From: a bacterium
GTDB lineage: Bacteria; UBA8248
Direction of reading: 5' to 3'
Assembly (NCBI GenBank): GCA_965213685.1
Contig: CBDBZY010000003.1
Location: 128,001 to 192,000, forward strand
DNA: 64,000 nt
Below the pieces are notes generated by a model. That model had not been told where the DNA came from and did no database searches. It saw only the letters and a program-made list of their open reading frames with translations. The position numbers were made by a program, and so were the translations under genes. Below, one piece after another: positions 30,097 through 38,450 of this stretch; the first letter of the stretch is position 1; every line of letters begins with the position of its first letter.

Positions 30097-31182
30097 GTGG
30101 CGAGACTCAAAATTGCGGGAATAGAGGCCAAGTCGGCCCGGGTGCCCCTCGCCCGGGCGATAGGGAGTGCGAACAGCACGAAGTCGGTGCTCGATTATTT
30201 GCTGGTTTTTCTGCACACCGAGAATGGTCCGACGGGCTGCGGCTTCGTGATGGGACTGGGCGGGGAGACTTCGCGCACGCTGGTTCCCTATGTCGAGAAC
30301 GAGCTCGCCCCGCTGGCGGTCGGGCAGGATGCGCTCGCACCGGAGGCGCTTTGGCGGCGACTCTGGGGTCCCAACAAGGCGAGGATGCGGGGCGGCCTCG
30401 GCGTCCAGGCGCTGTCCGCCGTGGATACCGCCTGCTGGGACGCGCTCGCCAAGGCGGCGGGAATGCCGCTCTGCCGAATCCTGGGCGGCTTCCGGAGCAG
30501 GATGCCGGTATACGGCAGCGGCGGCTGGCTCACGTTCACGGACGCCGAGATGGTGAGCGAATGCCAGGGGTTCATGGAGAAGGGCATCCGCGCCTACAAA
30601 CTGAAGCTGGGCACCCGTCGCGACGAGGAGCGCATCCGCATCCTGCGAAAAGAGGCGGGCGAGGCGGTCGTCCTGTTCGCGGACTCGAACCAGAAGTACA
30701 ACGTGGCCGAAGCCCTGGAGGTGGCCGCGATGCTCGCCGAATATGACGTGAAATGGTTCGAGGAGCCGGTGCTGGCGGACTCCGTGGACGATCTGCAGGA
30801 GGTGGCCCGGAGGAGCCCGACGCCGATCGCGGCGGGAGAAAACGCCTATATGCGCTGGGGCTTTCGGGAGATTTGCGAGAGGAGGGCGGCGGCGTTCCTC
30901 CAGCCCGACGTGGGCCGCTGCGGCGGCGTGACGGAGTTCCGCAAGGCGGCCCACCTGGCGGAGGCCCACCGTCTTTCCCTGTGCAGCCATTTGCTGCAGG
31001 AGGTGTCCGTGAGCCTCCTCGCCGCCACCCCGAGCGGGTACATGGTGGAGTATGTGGAGATGCTGCCCCCGGACGCCCTGACGCGGGATTTCCCCGTTGT
31101 GGACGGCTGCATGGAGGTTCCCGACGCACCCGGACACGGGATGGAGTTTGCGGAGCGTGCGATGCGAAAGTATTGCGCTTGA
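30097..31182 (+). CDS. mandelate racemase/muconate lactonizing (enolase superfamily) enzyme
   Basis: SAVDTACWD, YKLK (KxK), DSNQ, FEEP, GEN, QPD, SH and PDAPGHG. Confidence 0.88.
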   Translation: MARLKIAGIEAKSARVPLARAIGSANSTKSVLDYLLVFLHTENGPTGCGFVMGLGGETSRTLVPYVENELAPLAVGQDALAPEALWRRLWGPNKARMRGGLGVQALSAVDTACWDALAKAAGMPLCRILGGFRSRMPVYGSGGWLTFTDAEMVSECQGFMEKGIRAYKLKLGTRRDEERIRILRKEAGEAVVLFADSNQKYNVAEALEVAAMLAEYDVKWFEEPVLADSVDDLQEVARRSPTPIAAGENAYMRWGFREICERRAAAFLQPDVGRCGGVTEFRKAAHLAEAHRLSLCSHLLQEVSVSLLAATPSGYMVEYVEMLPPDALTRDFPVVDGCMEVPDAPGHGMEFAERAMRKYCA

Positions 31183-31194
31183 GGAGGAGCGGGT

Positions 31195-32079
31195 TTGGCG
31201 AAGAGAATCGCGTTTCTGGGTCTGGGCAACATGGGCGGTGCCCTCGCCGCGAACCTGGTGAAGGCCGGCTTCGAGGTGCGGGGCCATGACCCGAGCCCGA
31301 CGGCGCGGGAGGCGGCGGAAAAAGCGGGCGTCCGCGTTTTCGATTCTCCCGCCGAGGCGGCCCAAGGGGCGGAGTATGTGTGCAGCTCGGTTCCCGCAGG
31401 AGCGCACGTGCGGGATGCCTACCTCGGCGAGAGAGGCGCGCTGCTCACGGCGGCGGCGGGCGCCGTCTGCTTTGATTTCTCCACCATCCTGCCCGAGGAG
31501 AGCATCGCCATCGCCGAGGAGGCCGGGGAGCGCGGCTTTCATTTTCTGGACACCCCCGTCAGCGGAAACGCGCTCATCGCGCGCGATGCGAAAATCGGCC
31601 TCATGGTGGGAGGTGACAAGGGGGTGCTGGACGCGCACCGGTCGGTGCTGGACGGCGTGTGCGCGCTGCTGGATTATTTCGGCCCCAACGGCGCGGGCCT
31701 GCGGATGAAGCTGATAACGAACCAGCTGGTGGCGTGCCAGCTGTGCGCCCTGGCGGAAGGATTGACCCTGGGCGTGAAATCGGGCCTCGATCCGGATCAG
31801 ATGATGGCGTATCTCTATTCGAGCACGGTGTTTCGCGTCATGCGCACGCGCGGCTGGGGACTGAGAAAAAAAGAGTATGAACCCGTGAAATTCGCCCTCG
31901 CCCTCATGCACAAGGACCTGGACCTCATTCAGCGCTTCGCTCGCACAAACGGCGCGCCCCTGCCGCTCACCGACGCGGTGCGAGAGGCGTATCAAGGGGC
32001 GATGGACATGGGACTTGGCGATCGGGACCAGGGCGTCATACGCGAATGGTTCGAGCGCGAGGCGGGGCTTGGCGGCTAG
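31195..32079 (+). CDS. beta-hydroxyacid dehydrogenase (3-hydroxyisobutyrate/tartronate semialdehyde reductase family)
   Basis: FLGLGNMG, DFST, DTPVSG, MVGG, KLITN and KDL. Confidence 0.9.
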   Translation: MAKRIAFLGLGNMGGALAANLVKAGFEVRGHDPSPTAREAAEKAGVRVFDSPAEAAQGAEYVCSSVPAGAHVRDAYLGERGALLTAAAGAVCFDFSTILPEESIAIAEEAGERGFHFLDTPVSGNALIARDAKIGLMVGGDKGVLDAHRSVLDGVCALLDYFGPNGAGLRMKLITNQLVACQLCALAEGLTLGVKSGLDPDQMMAYLYSSTVFRVMRTRGWGLRKKEYEPVKFALALMHKDLDLIQRFARTNGAPLPLTDAVREAYQGAMDMGLGDRDQGVIREWFEREAGLGG

Positions 32080-32124
32080 GTGGAGACGTCTCGCCGCCAA
32101 GCCGCTCGGGAGGGGGGAGGTTCA

Positions 32125-33000
32125 GTGGAGCGACTGACGGAAAGCGTTTTTTATTATGATTGCTATCCGACGGTGGGGATGGTGGTCACCGAGGAGGGCG
32201 TCATCGCCGTGGATGGTCCCATGCGGCCCTCTGAAGCTATCGCCTGGCGTGATTTTATCAGAGAGAAGGGCCCGCTTCGCTACCTCGTCAACACGGAGCA
32301 TCACCAGGATCACATCGCGGGCAACTGGTTCCTGCAGCCGGAGAAGATCATATCCAGCGAAATCGTGTATGCGGATTTCTACGCCTCCATCGCCACGGCG
32401 GAGGAGGGCAAGGAGCGGATGCTCCGCTACGACCCCGGCAGCGCGGCGCTGCTCGAAGGCTTTGCGCTCCTGCCTCCCGACATTACCTACAAGGAGCGGA
32501 TGACGATTCGCCTGGGCGGCAAAACCTTCGTGCTCATCCACTCCGCCGGCCACACGCGGGGGCAAACCATCGTGCACGCGGTGGAGGATCGCGTCGCCTT
32601 CACGGCCGACAACCTGACGCCCGCCTACAACGTGGCGTTTCACTCGGCCGACGTGTGGGGCTGGTTCCGATCCCTGGGAATGCTCGAGGCACTGGACGTG
32701 GACTGGTACGTTCCCGGGCACGGACGGCCCTGCGGGAGGGACGAGATACCGCGCCAGCGGGAGAAGCTCCATGCGCTGGTGGACAGGATACGGGACTGGA
32801 AGAGGGAGGGCTTGAGCCGGGAGCAGGTGCAGGATCGCGTCCGGGAAGTCTATGCGACGGACCTCAAGAGCAACGATCACATGGGAGAGCGCCTCACCAT
32901 GCTGCGAAAAGGGGGGCTGGGCAACATCTATGATTATCTGGAGGAGCACCCCTCCGGCCCGCTGAACAATCGCACCGACCCGGTATGGCCCCACATGTGA
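32125..33000 (+). CDS. MBL-fold metallo-hydrolase (cyclase-like)
   Basis: NTEHHQDHIAGN, GHT, FTAD and VPGHG. Confidence 0.82.
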   Translation: MERLTESVFYYDCYPTVGMVVTEEGVIAVDGPMRPSEAIAWRDFIREKGPLRYLVNTEHHQDHIAGNWFLQPEKIISSEIVYADFYASIATAEEGKERMLRYDPGSAALLEGFALLPPDITYKERMTIRLGGKTFVLIHSAGHTRGQTIVHAVEDRVAFTADNLTPAYNVAFHSADVWGWFRSLGMLEALDVDWYVPGHGRPCGRDEIPRQREKLHALVDRIRDWKREGLSREQVQDRVREVYATDLKSNDHMGERLTMLRKGGLGNIYDYLEEHPSGPLNNRTDPVWPHM

Positions 33001-33046
33001 TGCGGCTCCACGCCCCCGCATCACCCCGCATGGGAGAGCGCCACGC

Positions 33047-34504
33047 ATGGAGCCGATGAACCTGCTCATCATCATGTCGGATGAGCACAACGTCCGGACG
33101 CTGGGTTGCTATGGGCACCCGATGGTGCAAACGCCGAACATCGACCGCCTGGCGGCCTCGGGCGCGAGGTTTGGGAGCGCGTATACGAATTCCCCGATCT
33201 GCACGGCTGCGCGGGCGAGCTTCGCCACGGGCCGCTACGTCCATGAAATCGGCAACTGGGACAACGCGAGCCCCTACGCGGGGGAGCCCCCGGGCTGGGG
33301 GCACCGCCTGCAGGCCGGGGGCCACCGCGTCACCTCCATCGGCAAGCTGCACTACAGAAACTCCTCCGACCCCACCGGTTTTGACGAGCAGATAGTCCCC
33401 ATGCACGCGCGCGACGGGGGCGTGGGCAGCGTGCTGGGGTCCATCCGGGACGAACTGGTCGTGCAGAAGGCGGACAGGCTGGCGCGCGAGATCGGCCCGG
33501 GCGAGACGAGTTATTCCCGCTACGACGCCGACATCGCCGAGAGGGCGTGCGCCTGGCTGGAAAACGACGCCCGAAAATACCGGGACAGGCCCTGGGTGAC
33601 GTTCGTCTCCTTCGTCTCGCCCCATTTCCCCCTGATGGCACCCCAGGCGTATTTTGACATGTACCCGCCCGAGTCCGTGCCTAGTCCTAAGCCGCACGCC
33701 CTCGACGGCCGCCCCCGGCACCCGTGGATAGAGGCGTATCGAAAATACGTGCCCTCGGACAGCTTCTTCGACGAGGAGAAAAGGCGCGTCGCCATCGCCT
33801 CGTATTTCGGTCTGTGCACGTTCCTCGACGCCCAGGTCGGCCGCGTGCTGGAGAGCCTGGAGAGGGCGGGCCTTCAGGGTCGCACCCGCGTCTTCTTCAC
33901 GAGCGATCACGGGGAGAACCTCGGGGCGCGGGGCACCTGGGGCAAGGGCACGATGTATGAAGAGTCGGCCGCGGTGCCGCTCATCATGGCGGGGCCGGGC
34001 GTGGAGCCGGGGGCGGTGGTGGAAACGCCCGTGTCGCTCCTGGATTTCTACCCCACGATCCTCGAGTCCGTCGGGGCGACGCCCAACGAGGAGGAAGGGC
34101 AAAGGGCGGGCCGCTCGCTGTATGAGGTTGCCCGCGCGCCCACCGATGCGGAGCGGGTCGTTTTCAGCGAATACCACGCATCGGGGGCGGAGACGGCGGC
34201 CTATCTCGTTCGCAGGGGGCGCATGAAGTACATCCACTATGTGGGCTATCCGCCCGAGCTGTACGATTTGGAAAGCGACCCGGAGGAGCAGGACAACCTG
34301 GCCGGACGGCCGGAGAGTGCGGCGATCCTGGATGAACTGGAGAGGGCGTTGCGCGGAATTCTCGACCCCGAGGAGGTGGACAGGCGGGCGAAACGGGATC
34401 AGGCGGCGTTGATCGCGCGCCTCGGCGGACGCTCGCACGTCATCGAGACGGCCAGGACGGGCGCCACGCCCACGCCGGGCGCATACGCCGATGACGGCTA
34501 CTGA
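33047..34504 (+). CDS. formylglycine-type sulfatase (choline-sulfatase-like)
   Basis: NLLIIMSDEH, SPICTAARAS (CxAxR), GKLH, PHFP, TSDHG and KGTMYEES. Confidence 0.9.
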   Translation: MEPMNLLIIMSDEHNVRTLGCYGHPMVQTPNIDRLAASGARFGSAYTNSPICTAARASFATGRYVHEIGNWDNASPYAGEPPGWGHRLQAGGHRVTSIGKLHYRNSSDPTGFDEQIVPMHARDGGVGSVLGSIRDELVVQKADRLAREIGPGETSYSRYDADIAERACAWLENDARKYRDRPWVTFVSFVSPHFPLMAPQAYFDMYPPESVPSPKPHALDGRPRHPWIEAYRKYVPSDSFFDEEKRRVAIASYFGLCTFLDAQVGRVLESLERAGLQGRTRVFFTSDHGENLGARGTWGKGTMYEESAAVPLIMAGPGVEPGAVVETPVSLLDFYPTILESVGATPNEEEGQRAGRSLYEVARAPTDAERVVFSEYHASGAETAAYLVRRGRMKYIHYVGYPPELYDLESDPEEQDNLAGRPESAAILDELERALRGILDPEEVDRRAKRDQAALIARLGGRSHVIETARTGATPTPGAYADDGY

Positions 34505-34637
34505 TGCGCCAACAAGGAAGAAGAGGCTGCGCGAAGGCTCAGGCGAAGCTGGATGACGCAATAGAAGCCTAGGGACTACTGGCATAAATGCCGCCCGGGT
34601 TGAGAGGCTCGGGCGCATTTTACGTGAGGGCATTTGC

Positions 34638-35012
34638 GTGCAAACGTCATACTACAAGAAGTCATGGGATGCGTCCGGTGCGGTGGGAATATCGAGAGGA
34701 ACAGCGAGGTTTGTGAGGCGGAAGTTGCCTCGTTTGATGGATCTGGCTCCGTCCTGGTCGATGCTGAAAATGCCGAGGCCAGAGTATGACAGGTTGTTTC
34801 GAGAAATTTTGTCGAAGCTGGAGCCGGACGACATGTGGGAGAGGGCGCATCGGTTGGCACATCCGCATGAGCCCGTGCTGTTGTGTTTTGAGCCTCCGTT
34901 CCAGTGGTGTCACCGGAGAATGGTTGCTGAGTGGTTTGAGGCGGCGGGACACGGTCCTGTCTGCGAGCTGGGATACGGGGAAGATTATCCCGGCTATGCT
35001 GATTTGGAGTAA
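34638..35012 (+). CDS. DUF488-like protein (short type usually seen in phages)
   Basis: TSYY, ISRG, LAPS and LLCFE...CHRRMVAEW motifs; AT-richer than its neighbours. Confidence 0.72.
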   Translation: MQTSYYKKSWDASGAVGISRGTARFVRRKLPRLMDLAPSWSMLKMPRPEYDRLFREILSKLEPDDMWERAHRLAHPHEPVLLCFEPPFQWCHRRMVAEWFEAAGHGPVCELGYGEDYPGYADLE

Positions 35013-35016
35013 ACAG

Positions 35017-35066
35017 AGCGGGATTCAGGAGTCGAACCTGTCTCCGATGAGGAATCGGCTACCCGC
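35017..35066 (-). other. truncated tRNA-like element (no D-arm)
   Basis: The minus strand reads GCGGG-TAG-CCGAT-TCCTC-ATCGG-AGA-CAGG-TTCGACT-CCTG-AAT-CCCGC-T: a T-arm with TTCGA loop, an anticodon-like hairpin and a closing stem. Confidence 0.5.
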
Positions 35067-36399
35067 ATATCCGCCGGGCGGACGCAAGCAGCCGCTCCTT
35101 GGCTTTCGCGATCCTGCCCGGGTCGACCAGCAGCCTTTTGCCCTCTTTCACCTTCTTGCCGGCGATGAATACCGCCTCCACGTTGGAGCGCTCCGCGTGG
35201 AAGACGACGGCGCTCGCCGCATCCTCCGCCGGCGCCATGTTGAGGTCGTCTTTGCGGATCAGGATCAGGTCGGCCTGCTTGCCGGGCGTGATGGAGCCGA
35301 TGGCGTCCGCCATGCCCATCGCGTGCGCGTTGTTGATGGTGGCCCAGGCGAGCGCGTCGCGCGCCGAGAAGGAGAGGGCGGGCGCCCTGTATGTGGCCGC
35401 ATCCAGGCGCTGGTTGTCGAATATCCTTTGCACCTGCAGGGCGTGCCGCGCGGCGTGCAGCATGTTGCCGGCCACGTAGGTTTCCAGATCGACGCCGATG
35501 GAGGGCCTCCCCCCCAGTGCGCTTACGCGGCCGCAGACCGACGCGCCCCTGTTCGTCTGCATCTCGGCTGCGGGCGTGGCGGTGATGGACGCGCCGGCGT
35601 CCAGAATCACGCGCAGCTCCTCGTCCGCCACGTAGTTGCAGTGCACCAGGTTGTGGTCGGCGCCCAGCACCCCCTCCCTCGCCAGCGCGCGGTAGCCCCC
35701 CGGCGTCTTCCTGCGCGCGTCTCCCCAGATGTGGGCGCTCGAGAGGAGGCCGTATTCACGCGCCAGGCGCATGTCGTGCAGCGTGATTTCGAGGGGGGAG
35801 TAATCGGCCCCCAAAATGGCCATCGCCAGCGTGACGCGGCCGTCGTCATCCGACAGGCGCCCCGTTCGCAATCGTTTGACCTCGCTTCTCGGGTGCGGGA
35901 TTTGCGAATAGTGGGGCGCGCCCGCCCTCGGTTTCGGCTTGGGCGTTCCGTGTCCGAAGAGGGCGCGAATCCCCGAATCGAACAGGGCGTCTACGCTGGC
36001 GTCGGTGTGCGCAGGCGTGGGATTGTTGTGACACCAGTCGAACAGCGTCGTGACGCCGGCCTCCATCTGCCCCCAGGCGCCCACGAGCGTGGCGACGTAC
36101 ATGTCCTCCGGGCGGTAGCGCGGGGCCAGGGTCTCATGGACGATCTCGAAATACGCGCGTCCGCCCCAGTTGCCGCCCAGCCCGCGAAGCGCGGTTTGCC
36201 AGGTGTGCATGTGCGCGTTGATGAGGCCGGGCAGGAGGATCGTCCCCCGGGCGTCGATGGTTTCCGCATCCGTCGCGTCGAGGTTCTCGCCCACCGCGGA
36301 AATCCGTCGCCCCTCTATCAGGACGTCGCCGCCCGCGACCTCCCCGATGCGGGGATCCATCGAGAGGATCGTCGCGTTCCGGATGAGCGTTCTCGTCAT
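35059..36399 (-). CDS. amidohydrolase superfamily deaminase/chlorohydrolase (SsnA/AtzA-like)
   Basis: PGLINAHMH (HxH), GVTT, SAH, VHCN, GVD, ATINNA and GSITPGKQADL. Confidence 0.88.
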   Translation of the reverse strand: MTRTLIRNATILSMDPRIGEVAGGDVLIEGRRISAVGENLDATDAETIDARGTILLPGLINAHMHTWQTALRGLGGNWGGRAYFEIVHETLAPRYRPEDMYVATLVGAWGQMEAGVTTLFDWCHNNPTPAHTDASVDALFDSGIRALFGHGTPKPKPRAGAPHYSQIPHPRSEVKRLRTGRLSDDDGRVTLAMAILGADYSPLEITLHDMRLAREYGLLSSAHIWGDARRKTPGGYRALAREGVLGADHNLVHCNYVADEELRVILDAGASITATPAAEMQTNRGASVCGRVSALGGRPSIGVDLETYVAGNMLHAARHALQVQRIFDNQRLDAATYRAPALSFSARDALAWATINNAHAMGMADAIGSITPGKQADLILIRKDDLNMAPAEDAASAVVFHAERSNVEAVFIAGKKVKEGKRLLVDPGRIAKAKERLLASARRICG

Positions 36400-37058
36400 G
36401 CGGGCCGCTCCCCGTCACCGGCCTCCGGGAACGCATCCGGCCAGTCGGCCAGCAGCCCCTCCACATACGCCTTGAGGTCTTCGGGTCGTTTTCGGCGCAC
36501 CTTGTTCTTGTCGATCTCCTCTTGCGACTCGATGGGAATCCGCAGCGCGTCGTTGAACTTGTTTCGCATGTCGAAATAGGTGATGACCATGGTGAGCTCG
36601 ACGATTTCCGCGTCGGTGAAGTGTCGCCTGAGCCGGTCGAACACGTCGTCTCTCTCCCTGGCCGTGCCCATCGTCACGTGCTCCGCCCAGAGCAGGACGG
36701 CGCCCTCCCGCTCGGGGAATCCCGCGTAATCGCCCGCGCGGATGGCCGCGAGCTGGGCTTCCGTGATTCCGGCCGATTGACCAACCGGCGTGTTGTGCGC
36801 CAGTCAGTAGGCGCAGTCGTTGAGTTGGCTGGTCTTGAGGATCGCCAGCGCTTTCGTTTTCGTGCCCAGCATCGAACCCAGCCCCTGGCGCAGGAGCGAC
36901 GCGGTGAGCGGCAGCATGAACTTCGCGAGGAAGGGCTGGTTCGCCATGACGCGCCAGGCGTTGGGGATGCGGTTCAGAAGAACGCTGGCATGGTCGAGCA
37001 GGCGGTTCACGGCGGGGTCGTCGTCGGCTCCGGATTCCAGCATGGGGATTCGGGACAC
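36396..37058 (-). CDS. AhpD/carboxymuconolactone decarboxylase family selenoprotein (CxxU; in-frame TGA at 36804-36806)
   Basis: ORFs 36804..37127 and 36396..36677 are in one frame. Read-through gives TSQLNDCAY(U)LAHNTPVGQSAGITEAQLAAI...EIVELT...NKFNDAL. RBS AAAGGAG lies before GTG 37058, and a SECIS-like hairpin follows the TGA. Confidence 0.88.
36772..36789 (-). promoter_or_regulatory. bacterial SECIS-like hairpin
   Basis: The mRNA reads UGA-CUGGCGCACAACAC-GCCGGUU-GGUC-AAUCGGC: a 7-bp stem with a G-led apical loop starting 21 nt after the UGA. Confidence 0.75.
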
Positions 37059-37223
37059 GGGGTGCGCTCCTTTTATCGGGGGATGGCCGCTCGCGGGAAT
37101 GCGGCCATTGTCCGACGAAACGCGCATCTTGAAAACCGCCGCGACCTTTGATTGGCGGGCCGCGCGGTGCTAGGCTTGCGGAATCGACCCGGAATTCATA
37201 CGCCCCCGTGCAGGTGACCCCGC

Positions 37224-38339
37224 ATGACATCCCCGGCGGAGAGAAGAACGCCCATCGGCCTGGCCGTGGTGGGATGCGGCAAGATTGGACGCATCCGCGC
37301 GGAATTCGCTCGGCAGAACGCCGCGGTGCAATGGATGGGGCTGTGCGACCTCGACGAGGGGGTCGGCAGAAGGCTCGCGGAGGATGTGGGTGCCGATTTT
37401 TTCACCACCGACTACCGGGCGCTCCTGCGGCGCGAAGAGGTGAACAGCGTCGTTTTGGCCACGTATGCGAGTGAGCGGCTCGAACCCGTCCTGCTCGGCG
37501 CGGAGCGCGGCCACCGGATGCTGATCGAAAAACCCCTGGCCGTGGACGCCGCCGTGTCCGCCCGTCTGGTGAAGGCCATCGAAGATGCGGGCGTCGACGC
37601 CGTCCTGGGCTACACGCAAAGGTTCCGCCGCCGCTTTCTGGTGGCGAAGGAGAAAATTCGCTCCGGCGCGCTGGGCGAAATCTCCTCCGTCACGGGCCGC
37701 GCCTTTTTGAACCGCATGAACCCGGTGGCGAATTCCACCAAGACGGAGTTCCCCACGAAATTCACGCCCATGGTCATCTCGGGAACCCATGGCGTGGACT
37801 TGTGCTCCTGGTTTCTCGAGGGGCTGCGCCCGGTGGAGGTGTATGCGCGCTCGGTGGACAAGGCGATGGCACCCTATCTCACCAAGGACTCCACCTTCGC
37901 CATCGTCACCCACGCGGACGGGACGATATGGAGCATGAACGTGAGCTGGGCACTGCCGCGCGTCTGGCCGGCGGAGGTGTATTCGCTCGAGCTGGGCGTC
38001 GTGGGAACGGGGGGCGTGCTCACGATAGACGATACGCACCGCGACATGGTGTTCGCCACCGAGGAGGCGCACGAGTCGGCGCGCCTGCGGCAGGAGCGGA
38101 ACGTGAGCTTTTTGACGAGCTATCCGCCGGGGGACGTGGTCTTCGGCCAGCTCTGGGGCCCGATGCGCGAGGAGACGCGCTCCTGGTTCGACAGGATTTA
38201 CCTGGGCGTCCCCACGCCGCACGCCACCGCGCGGGAAGCCCATGAGAACCTGATGCTGTGTCTGGCGATGGACCATTCGGCCCAGACGGGCCGGGCGGTG
38301 TCCCTTCCGATCTCGCCGGAGGATTTCGGGCGCGGGTAG
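37224..38339 (+). CDS. Gfo/Idh/MocA family oxidoreductase
   Basis: VVGCGKIG, IEKP, GYTQRF and SGTHGVD. Confidence 0.88.
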   Translation: MTSPAERRTPIGLAVVGCGKIGRIRAEFARQNAAVQWMGLCDLDEGVGRRLAEDVGADFFTTDYRALLRREEVNSVVLATYASERLEPVLLGAERGHRMLIEKPLAVDAAVSARLVKAIEDAGVDAVLGYTQRFRRRFLVAKEKIRSGALGEISSVTGRAFLNRMNPVANSTKTEFPTKFTPMVISGTHGVDLCSWFLEGLRPVEVYARSVDKAMAPYLTKDSTFAIVTHADGTIWSMNVSWALPRVWPAEVYSLELGVVGTGGVLTIDDTHRDMVFATEEAHESARLRQERNVSFLTSYPPGDVVFGQLWGPMREETRSWFDRIYLGVPTPHATAREAHENLMLCLAMDHSAQTGRAVSLPISPEDFGRG

Positions 38340-38450
38340 GCGCGCGCCGCTTGCCCGGGGCCGGCTGTCCGCGCCGCCGCCGCGCCGTGGGAGCGGAGCC
38401 CCCTGCGTTTTTTCCCGTGCGAAGGGACGGGAATGCCTGACTAGGAGAGC

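Noticed and set aside
36396-37127. Reading the AhpD-like locus as two small genes or a nonsense pseudogene
   Set aside because: The stop is TGA, falls on the catalytic Cys position and is followed by a SECIS-like hairpin, so selenocysteine explains it better.
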